From assembly GCF_009914755.1 (NCBI RefSeq), contig NC_060943.1: DNA of 64,000 nucleotides; one strand, written 5' to 3'. Below the pieces are notes generated by a model. That model was given only the letters and a program-made list of their open reading frames with translations. It had not been told where the DNA came from and made no database searches. A program made the position numbers and the translations under genes. Shown here piece after piece: positions 1-64,000 of this stretch. Positions within the stretch are counted from its first letter, which is position 1. Every line of letters starts with the position of its first letter. The stretch comes from the human T2T-CHM13v2.0 reference genome, Homo sapiens.

Positions 1-151
1 GCGCCTGGTGGCCCAGCTGGGCTGGTGCTAGGAGGGTCTTGCTGCCGGACAAAGCAAGAACAGCCCTGCACACCGACGGAGGGGACGACACCCCTGCCTC
101 TGACCCCACCTCAGTGCCTGTCCCTCGGCCGTCTCACCTGTCAGGCGGTAG

Positions 152-5980
<5,829 letters not shown>

Positions 5981-6858
5981 GGCAGCCTCCGCCGCCGCCG
6001 CTGCTCGCACCCCTTCTCCGCGCGAGAACCCGCGCGGACTGCGCCTGCGCCGAATCCGAATCAGGCCCCCTCCGCCTAACCCCGCCCCGCGCTGGTCTGT
6101 CGTCGGCGAATGCCTGAATGCAGCAACGTCTCGGATCGGCAGCGCCAAGGGCAGCCCGAGCCTTACGAGAGCGGCAGTTGGCTGAGCGAGTCTCTCGCCT
6201 CCGTAGTTCTCGTGTGTCTTTGGCCGCACAGCCTCTCGGGAGTTGTAGTTTCCGTTCAACTCCCACCTTGGAGCAACAGTTTAGAATCCCACGAGGCGGG
6301 GGCGAAGTGTGAGCGGGGAAACTGAGGCCTGGATGGGGTCAAGGGGCAGCTCGGCTCCTAGGGATGGTCTGGGAGCCTAGTGGGAACTCTATAAATATTT
6401 GTGCATCAAACTGTACAGGGTTTCCTCCATTGGCTCCTGGCCAGGTCAGGGTTAATTCCCTTGGGCCTCAGTTTCCCTACCTGTGCAATGGCAATAAAGT
6501 GTCCCTACTTTAGACGGTTAACTGAGAGTCTTAGGCATCTCTCTAGGTGCTTATTAAGTCCCCTCACCTCTGTCCTCTCCCCTGAGCGCCACCAGCCTAG
6601 CCTGGGTATCTCCCCAGCCTAGCCTGGGTATCTCCCCACCCCAGACTCTTCCTGTCTTTGCAAACCTCCTCACTTCCCCAGGTTCACGGAGAACCCCAGC
6701 CCAACACTTCCTGTGTGCAGGCTATCAGTAACTTATTCAGTGATGCATTCGTTAATTCAACATTTACTCAGCAACCTACAGTGATGGTGAATAAAACAGG
6801 CCAAGTATCCCTTGCATTCAGATAAAGACAGGATTTAGTAAAATATAATAAATAACGT

Positions 6859-8770
<1,912 letters not shown>

Positions 8771-9593
8771 TCACCTGGAGTGTTCCTGGCAGGGAAGGGG
8801 CAGGAGGGGGTCAGAGGGCAAGGTGGGGCAGGTCCCATGAAGCCTTGCTGGTCAGGGTAAAATGTCTGGAGCTGCTGTGTTGGGAAATGACTGTTGGGAG
8901 CCAGGGCAGAAGCAAGAGACCAGGGAGGGAGTGGGAAGGCAAACTTGCCACAGGTTGGGGTGGCTCCAACTACGGTAGGGGCAAGCACAGAGCGGGGAGG
9001 GTGCCACAGGGCGAGAAAAAGAGGGAGAAAGGGAACAAAGCTGTCCCTGTGAGCAGTGAAAAGAGGGGTGGGAGGGTGGAGGCGTGTAGGTCGAGGTGAG
9101 CTCTGGAGTTCAGGGCAAGGTCTGGGGGATGGACGTGCAGGCAGGGTGGCCACGTGGTGAAGATTAGAGCCGGGAGCCTGGACCAGGTCCTGGGAGCAGA
9201 GCAGAGTCCAGGAGAGTAAGTCCAGCCCTGCTGGTGTTCAGAAGCCCGGAGAAGGAGGGGAGGCAGCAGCAGGAGGGGAGGGAGGCTCAGCACAGACACT
9301 GGAGCAGCCCCTGAGCTGCAGACCTGGCTGTGTGATCTCAGGCAGGTTACTCAACCTCTCTGTGCGTCCCCTCTCCCCTCCCTTGTAAAACAGGGACAAG
9401 AACAGCACCCACTTCATAGGGTAATTGGCTAATAATTGCAATGTACACAGAGTGGCGCCTGACACCAGCACTGCATAAGTGTTCCCTAAATAGGATAAAG
9501 GGCAGGAGGTTGCCAGGTCTCCTGGAAACCTGGTGAGGAAGGTGTCTAGGGGCAGAGGGAAGGGAGTGGCTATGTGATGCCACCGCCAAGTCA

Positions 9594-12045
<2,452 letters not shown>

Positions 12046-12899
12046 AAAGATCTTAAAAAAGAAATGAAGCCACAGGACAGCCCCTCCCCAGTCCTTCCTG
12101 GAGCCAGGGGCTGCTCTAGAAAGATATGTGGCAACACAGCTTCCTGCAGGGACACTCAAGAACTTCCGCCCTCACAGGGCTGGAGCCTTGAGAGGTCCCC
12201 GAGACTCCATTTCCCCGTTCGTGAAATGGGGACACTCTGGGAAAAGCTGTGAAGCCCCCAGCACAAATCTCTCCCAGAGCCTGGGGCCCCGTTCTCAGAT
12301 CCGAGGTCGCGACCCCGTGTTTTCCCCACTTCTGACTTTATCACAATTGGCAGGAAGTCAGGAATGGGATCAAGTCTCTCCGCGGAGCTGTGGGTGCTGA
12401 GCTGTTTTTCTGGCAACCCTGAAATAAACTCCCATTTCAGTGCACATGTTTGCAACAAACTTAAGGAAAACAACACCGGCAAAATTGCGAACAGCTGAGC
12501 CTTCGCAAGGGCAAGAACAGAGTCACCAGTGTGGCCCTGTCACCCGGCACTGCCAGGGCGGGAGGAAATGGGGGGGTTTCCTGAGAAATCAGACAATGGG
12601 AGTTGACTCCAAGAACTCAGCCTCTAGGGGCTGGGCGGGAGCAAAGCCATGTGAACAGACTTATGCAAGACCAGGATTCGGCCAGCCCTGCTCAGGGATC
12701 CTTGCTTCACTGCCTCTGCCACCAAACCATCCATGACGCCTCTGTGCTGCATCTGGCAGGCCTGAGTCGGGGGCAGTGGCGGGGGCAGGCTCATAGCACC
12801 CCCCAAGTCAACCCGGCCCTGAGTCTGTCTCTGAAGAAATACTCAGTGCAGGGTCAGAAAAGGTTAAGACCTTGAGGACAACATACAAATCCCAAGCAC

Positions 12900-14709
<1,810 letters not shown>

Positions 14710-17238
14710 ATGAGCCTCGGCCGCCTTTGCCGCCTACTGAAGCCGGCGCTGCTCTGTGGGGCTCTGGCCGCGCCTGGCCTGGCCGGGACCATGGTGAGCT
14801 AGCGCCGCGGCCGTTGCCGGCCCGGTGACCGTTGGGGCGGGCGCGCGATCCCTGCCTCCGCTCGCCGGCGTGGGGAACCCTCAGGCTCCAGTGACCTTGG
14901 TGGGGGGCGTCTGGGGGCTCCCCCTCCCCACCCCCGGCCGGGCACGGACGCGGGTGACCGTACTGCGACGCGCTCCGCGGCCCTCCAGGCCGTTGTAGGC
15001 GCGCGGGCTGGGGTCGGGGAAGGGGAAGGGGTTGTTCCACGCGCGCGGGTCGTGGTCGGGGAAGGGGCCGTCCAGGCCGTTGCAGGCGCGCGTGCCGGGG
15101 CCGGGGTCGGGGGTCCAGGCTTGCAGGGGGCGGGGTCCGGGACGGCTGGGGCGGAGCTGGACCGTTGAGGGCCACGGCGGGGCGTCTCCGGGCCGAGCGG
15201 GGCTGCTGCGCCCGAGCGGTTGGGGGCGCGGAGGGCTGGAAATCCCGGATCACGCGCCCCCGGGCGCCGCCCCGCCCCCGCACCTTGGCCTAGCGCGGTG
15301 GCGTCACAGTCGCGCAGTCCTGACTACGGCCTCCGGGCCCTTTGTCCCCGCTAGCGGCGCTCGGGGTGGGGGAGCCAGGAGGGGCGGGAGACGGGCGGGT
15401 ATGGGCCGCGCGGGCGCAGGCTCCCCCGGGCGCCGCAGGCAGCGGTGCCAGAGCCGGGGCAGGCGGCGGCCGCGAGCCCCTCGGCGGCGGAAGGCCCCAG
15501 CGTGCAGGCGCAGGAGGGCGCGGCGCCGGCGGAAGAAGCCCTGTCCCCGCAGCTTGCGACCGGAGATCCACGAATGTCCCAAGTCCCAGGACCCGGTGCG
15601 CGCGGGGCCCCCACACCGGCTAATGTGGCACATTTTGGGGTTGGAACCCTCTCCCGGCCTCCGGGTCTCCGGTAAAACCGGACCAGAAGTACAAGGGGGC
15701 GTGTGCGTTTAAGGAGGAGGAGCGTTCAGGTCTTCAGGGCCGCAGGGCCTCGGTGTCCCCGCCACCGACCCGCTCCCGATCCCTTCCTGCCTCAGGGTCC
15801 CGGGCTCAGCCTCCCGTCCACGCTCCCTGCTCAGCTTCCTTTGCCTTGCAGTGCGCGTCCCGGGACGACTGGCGCTGTGCGCGCTCCATGCACGAGTTTT
15901 CCGCCAAGGACATCGACGGGCACATGGTTAACCTGGACAAGTACCGGTGGGCGCTCGCCTGGGGTGGGGCGCGGGGTCGGGCCCTGGGAGGGGGCCGTGT
16001 TCTTCTGCGCTGACGCCGCCGATCCTCGCAGGGGCTTCGTGTGCATCGTCACCAACGTGGCCTCCCAGTGAGGCAAGACCGAAGTAAACTACACTCAGCT
16101 CGTCGACCTGCACGCCCGATACGCTGAGTGTGGTTTGCGGATCCTGGCCTTCCCGTGTAACCAGTTCGGGAAGCAGGTGGGCTGCTGCGTCCCCGGGGCC
16201 CGCAGAGGCGGGTGGGTGGGGGTCGGGGTGGGCTCCAGCCTGGAGAGGGCCTGGGAGTGTGCAGGGGGCCCGGACTGAGGGGGTGCCAGCCCCCGACTCA
16301 CTCACACACCTTGGCCGCCACAGGAGCCAGGGAGTAACGAAGAGATCAAAGAGTTCGCCGCGGGCTACAACGTCAAATTCGATATGTTCAGCAAGATCTG
16401 CGTGAACGGGGACGACGCCCACCCGCTGTGGAAGTGGATGAAGATCCAACCCAAGGGCAAGGGCATCCTGGGAAAGTGCGTGACCTCTGGGGACAGTACG
16501 GCTGCTGGGGTGGGGGTGGGGGGGCTGCTGGGATGCTCACACCTCCCTGGGGCAGAATGGCTCATGGCTCGGGGGGCGGTTGCGGGGAGGTGCTGGGACT
16601 CTCACATCGCGTGGCCTCCTGGGGGTAAGATGGCTCAGGGGGACATAGAGGGCTGTGGAGGCAGCCAGGGATGCCCACACCTTTGTGGCCTCCTGGGGAC
16701 AGGATGGCTCGGGGGCCTGTGGGGGGCTGTTGGGACTCTCACACTGCATGGCCTCCTGGGGTAAGATGGCTCTGGGGGGGCTTGGGGGCACTGTGGCTGT
16801 GGAGGCAGCCGGGGAAGCTCACACCCTTGTGGCCTCCTGGAGACAGGACAGCTTGGGGACTGTGGGGGGCTGCTGGGGACGCTCACGTCCATGTGCTTCT
16901 TTTCCAGTGCCATCAAGTGGAACTTCACCAAGGTAAGGGGGCTGTGGGGGGTAGGGGACCAGCTTCCCCTGGCCACAGCCGTGGCCCAGATGGGCAGCGG
17001 ACAGGAAGGGCAGCCTCAGCCCCTTGCAGGGGTGGCCCCACAGTTTGGACACCGTCTCTCCACAGTTCCTCATCGACAAGAACGGCTGCGTGGTGAAGCG
17101 CTACGGACCCATGGAGGAGCCCCTGGTAGGTCCTCTCTAGGGAGCCCGCTTGAGGCTCGGGGGCTTGGGAGGTAGCTGCCCTAACCCAGCTTTCCTCCCC
17201 GACAGGTGATAGAGAAGGACCTGCCCCACTATTTCTAG
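14710..17238 (+). CDS. GPX4: Phospholipid hydroperoxide glutathione peroxidase (selenoprotein), 197-aa mitochondrial precursor; cytosolic form starts at ATG 14791
   Basis: Exons 14710-14793, 15852-15946, 16032-16176, 16324-16475, 16908-16932, 17066-17125, 17206-17238 total 594 nt. GPx motifs [17 protein letters not shown] and WNFTKF are present. Confidence 0.98.
15401..15595 (+). CDS. GPX4: GPX4 alternative first exon 1b (nuclear isoform, Arg-rich 65-aa N-terminus)
   Basis: [31 protein letters not shown]...KSQDP, then a phase-0 donor GTGCG compatible with exon 2. Confidence 0.92.
16069..16071 (+). other. GPX4: In-frame UGA selenocysteine codon
   Basis: TCC CAG TGA GGC AAG at the GPx catalytic position; the frame continues and a SECIS is present. 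Confidence 0.97.
16500..16890. repeat. Degenerate ~70-bp G-rich tandem repeat filling GPX4 intron 4
   Basis: Recurrent CTCACAC...GTGGCCTCCTGGGG...GATGGCTC units in alternating A/B forms. Confidence 0.7.
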
Positions 17239-17293
17239 CTCCACAAGTGTGTGGCCCCGCCCGAGCCCCTGCCCACGCCCTTGGAGCCTTCCA

Positions 17294-17366
17294 CCGGCAC
17301 TCATGACGGCCTGCCTGCAAACCTGCTGGTGGGGCAGACCCGAAAATCCAGCGTGCACCCCGCCGG
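17294..17366 (+). promoter_or_regulatory. GPX4: SECIS element in GPX4 3'UTR
   Basis: ATGA (17303), apical AAA (17319) and GA (17342), with a CTGCC/GGCAG upper stem and CCGGC/GCCGG outer pairing. Confidence 0.93.
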
Positions 17367-17427
17367 AGGAAGGTCCCATGGCCTGCTGGGCTTGGCTCGG
17401 CGCCCCCACCCCTGGCTACCTTGTGGG

Positions 17428-17433
17428 AATAAA
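17428..17433 (+). terminator. GPX4: GPX4 polyadenylation signal AATAAA
   Basis: Canonical hexamer about 190 nt after the stop codon. Confidence 0.9.
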
Positions 17434-18321
17434 CAGACAAATTAGCCTGCTGGATCTTTCTGCGTAGGGGCTTGGGGGGCCCTTTTGCCAGGGGCCCCTC
17501 CATGTCAGGGCCAGTTGCCGTCAGCTGCCAGGCTGGGGGTGCCATGGAGGTGGCGTGTTGTTGCCCCCTCTTCCTCCAGGCTCGGGGGGCTGTGCTGGCT
17601 GCAGTGCTGGGGTGCAGTGAGATCTGGGCCCGTTGGACACCCAGCCCTGGCTCTTAATCCGTGCAGCCCCACCTGCTGTGCACAGGCAGGGCCTGGTGTA
17701 GTGCCGAGTCTTGGAGGAGATAATTCTAAGTGGCTGTGCTTCCTGGCCCCGGGCCTTAACTGTTAGGAGGTGGCTACTGGGGCCTCCCCTGGCCAGGAAG
17801 CAGAAGTGCAGAGGCCCGAGGAACAGCGTGGCCCTGGTGCTGGGGATGGGTTGGGCACCCACACCGGCCCTTGGGGCCTCACCTGGCTGGGGGGTGTGGG
17901 GGTGGCTGGGTGGTTACTGTTTGCACAGAGTCCCTCCGTGAGGGCTGGGGATGGACAGGCCAGGAGGGGCTGGTAGAGCAGTACCAGCCACCGTTCATGG
18001 GACCCGGGGGCTGTCTGGACACGGCCTGGCTGCCCACCTGCACAGCTAGAGGGACTGCAGCCTGCCAGGGTGGCTGATCCCAGCTGCCCCCACTGGGGGT
18101 CTGTGGAATGGACGGTCCATGGCACCTGCCCCAGACACTGGGTTGAGAGGTCTGTCTCTCCCAGCCCTCGTCCCCTCTCATCCACATGGGGCCAGCACAG
18201 GCAGTGGGCAGAAAGGCCTGGTAACCAGGAGAGCCTGGGGGGATGCCCACACACCCCTGCCCTTCCCTCCCTGTCCCACAGGCTGAGGAGCAGACTCCGT
18301 GGGAAGTAGGCAAAAGGCACA

Positions 18322-18327
18322 TATATT
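18322..18327 (-). terminator. SBNO2: Probable non-canonical poly(A) signal AATATA for SBNO2
   Basis: This is the only AT-rich island after the stop codon, with upstream TGTA motifs; I found no AATAAA on the minus strand here. Confidence 0.5.
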
Positions 18328-18885
18328 TAAAAAAGTCCTTTACATATGTACATCAGAACTTGCTATAAATACATAGAAACCGCAGGCGCCACCCTGCCAG
18401 CTCCGCGGCCTGGGGCCTGGGAGAGGTGAGCGGGCAATAACTTAGGGGTCAGGGAAGGGCTGGGGGAGGGAGAATTGCATATATTAGCAGGGGTCTGCCC
18501 CACGGAGCCCCCGAGACGCGGGGCCCTGAGCACCTGGGGTTTCCTGAGTTTCTAGCTCTTGGGACCACCCGGTTTCACGGATTTCAAGGGTTTGGGCCCA
18601 CTGAGCCCTTGTGGGTGCCCAGTCCCAGAGCAGCCACCCGGAGCCCCTTCCTACTTGGGAGGAGAGGCACAGAGAGGGCCCTGCCACGCCCCGGCCCCCA
18701 GCTGTCCTGAGTGGGCCCCGCCAGGGCTGACCAGGTGGGGGCCCGGGTCGGGCGCTGAAGGCACTGCGGCCAGGGCCTAGGGCTCCTCTGAGCAGTGGTC
18801 AGGGGACCTTGGCCCTGCTCCCCACCGCTGCTCCTAGGGGAGAAACGGTCCCTGTGTCTTGGGGCATGTTTCGCCTAAAGGCGTG

Positions 18886-61807
<42,922 letters not shown>

Positions 61808-62787
61808 CTAGAAGAGACAGCGGGCATCAGTGAGTGGGAAGCAGAGGACCTGCGGTGCAGCCCGGCTAAGCCCTCCGGGCAGGGTGACAGGCCGAGAGGC
61901 TAGGGAGGCCCCGCAGTCAGGGTCCCATCCCGCCCCTGCTGGTATCTCCTGGGGAGTCATTTAACTGCCCCGTGCCTCAGTTTCCCCACCTGCACAAGAC
62001 CCCACCCAAGGCTTGTGGTGTGGTCTGAAGGCACTGAACCACCCGCGTGAAGGGCTCAGCACAGGTCTTGCTCTACCAGCAGCCCCATGTGCAGGCCCGC
62101 AGCCCGGGAGTCTGCATCTCACACAAGACCTGGGGGTGCCGCTGGCCCCGGGACCCTGCTTGGAGGCCCCATTCTAGGAGGTGGAGGATCGGACCGTTTG
62201 CGTGAGGGAGACGCGCACCCGCTGCCTGTGGTGGAGGGTGGGTGTCGGGGGCTCCTCGGGCAGGGCCTGGGGCAGGCGAGGGCCTCACACCACCTCCAGG
62301 CCCCTCGGACAAGCTGATGTGCCCGGGAAGCTCAGGCTGCTGCGGGACGGGGCCCTGACTTCTCAGAAGCTGCACGGGGCTGGGGTGCGGGGAGCCTGCT
62401 TTGGGAAATGGTGACCAGTGGCCTGGAGGCTCAGCCCGAGGTCAGTGGAGGCGTGAGTGGCTCCAGGTTGGCCGAATCTCTGGTGGGTCTGACTCCAGGC
62501 CAGGCTTACCCAACACCCTCGCCAGGAGCCGATGTCCCCACCCCATGGTTCTCTGGGAAAACCTCACTATGCCTGCCCTTGGGAATGAGAGCGGCTTGAG
62601 GCACACGGCAGGCCCCAAAACCTGAGGATGGGGAGCACACGGGGCAGCAGCGGGCCCAAGGGCGGCAGCGGGCCCAGGGTCAGCACCTGCGGCTTCGGGG
62701 GCAGGGCTGTGGACACCTCGTGCCCTGCAGAATGGGCACCCCTCAGCAGGGCCCCCACCTGCACAGGGCCAACCTCACCTGCAGCAG

Positions 62788-62945
62788 AGAGACCCTGCCG
62801 TCACAGACGCCCCCACAGTCACGGGGGAGACCCTGCCGTCACGGATGCCCCCACGGTCACGGGGGAGACCCTGCCGTCACGGACGCCCCCACGGTCACGG
62901 GGGAGACCCTGCCGTCACGGACGCCCCCGTGGTCATGGGGGAGAC
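62788..62945. repeat. 38-bp CpG-rich tandem repeat x4
   Basis: GAGACCCTGCCGTCACGGACGCCCCCACGGTCACGGGG units. Confidence 0.9.
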
Positions 62946-64000
62946 ACCACCAGCCGGGGGCATCATCCTGCTTATCCCAGCAGGACTGGGGGCCACGCTG
63001 GCTTCCAGAACAGGGTTGGGGGTTCGCCTGCTTCCCTGAGTCCCCCAGTGACCTCTCCCAGGCCCACGTGAGCCCTGCTCCTCTATGAGGCCCTGATGCA
63101 ATTCCCTGGGGCTCGGCCACCTCTGCCCCTCATTCACCTCACACTGGCTGGGAACCAGCCCGGATGGCCGGGGGCCACTTTCTGTACCCGCAGGTGCTGG
63201 GTGGGGGATTCCAGGACCCCCGACAGCCTCGAGATAGGCAAAGCCCTCGGGGTGACCGCTGCCCCGCTCCTCCAGCTTTTGCATAAAATAAGTTTATCAG
63301 CAAAAGCCCACAGCTCCTCCCCTGCACAGAGGCCGGCAGCCTGGGCACCCTGAGCTCCTGCACCCGTGAGAAGACCCCGTGCAAGTGGCTTGCAGGAAGC
63401 CGGGCCACCAGCCACAGGGGCTCCAGAGCCCGGGTCTCCTGATCCTTCCCCTCCTCCTGCCCTTTTGGGAAGAGAGAAAGCCAGCCCTGGAGAGAAACAG
63501 GAACTTCCCAAGGCCATGTGGCACATCCGGAACATTCTGGAACAGAACTCTGACTCCAGACCAACCCAGCCTCCTCAGATGAGCTGGAGTCCGTCTCAGG
63601 CACACACGGCGCCTTGGGCCAGGCTGGGCAGGGCCACGGCCAGGGAACTGCAGCTGCAGGAAGGGGGCGGGGGGCTTGGGGTCGCAGGGCGGGAGGATCC
63701 AGGGGTCCCTGGCTCACCCAACATGCTCCACCTGTACCCAGGCCAGGCTAGGGGATGGGACGGGGGGAAAGTCCTGACTGCCTCTATCCCCCTAGTCTCC
63801 TCCCTCCCACAGCCCATGGCTCCTCTGAGACCTGCCATCCACACACACCCGAGTCCCACCCCACAGGGGTGCCATGGGCATGGCAGGCCAATCAGAGTCT
63901 TCCCTGGGACCTTCTCTGGCAGCCAGAGGGTGTGGCTTCACCTTTAGATGGCAGGTCCTAGCACATAATTGGTCCAGAGATGGGCACCTGACCCTGCCCA

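Noticed and set aside
6592-6638. 22-bp direct repeat x2 upstream of POLR2E
   Set aside because: A simple local duplication with no recognisable motif.
15032-15712. 226-aa ORF spanning GPX4 exon 1b
   Set aside because: Only 15401-15595 is supported by an ATG and a donor; the rest is a non-ATG extension and intron readthrough.
16069-16071. In-frame TGA suggesting a GPX4 pseudogene or nonsense allele
   Set aside because: It is the catalytic Sec codon; the intron-exon structure and SECIS are intact.

Overview
Human (or near-identical great-ape) GC-rich, Alu-dense genomic DNA, recognisable from the encoded proteins as the 19p13.3 POLR2E-GPX4-SBNO2 locus. It holds the complete POLR2E CDS (minus strand, 7 coding exons, 210 aa) and the complete GPX4 gene (plus strand, 197 aa, in-frame UGA-Sec, 3'UTR SECIS, alternative Arg-rich nuclear exon 1b). 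It also holds SBNO2 exons 3-32 (minus strand; exons 1-2 lie beyond the right edge) and an internal alternative first exon. Exon boundaries were read by hand, and phases and lengths add up to the expected proteins. I see no new gene system; nearly all long ORFs in the track are by-products of VNTRs, Alus or high GC. The most interesting less obvious signals are: two U12-type introns, one of which creates a TAG exactly at the retained junction; a uORF whose stop overlaps the SBNO2 short-isoform AUG; a 29-bp-phased CCAAT array; a near-consensus ARE inside an old L1 upstream of GPX4; a minisatellite built from copies of a splice donor; a minisatellite segment copied into a nearby Alu; a twin-priming-like inverted Alu; and several kb-scale G4-type VNTRs in SBNO2 introns.
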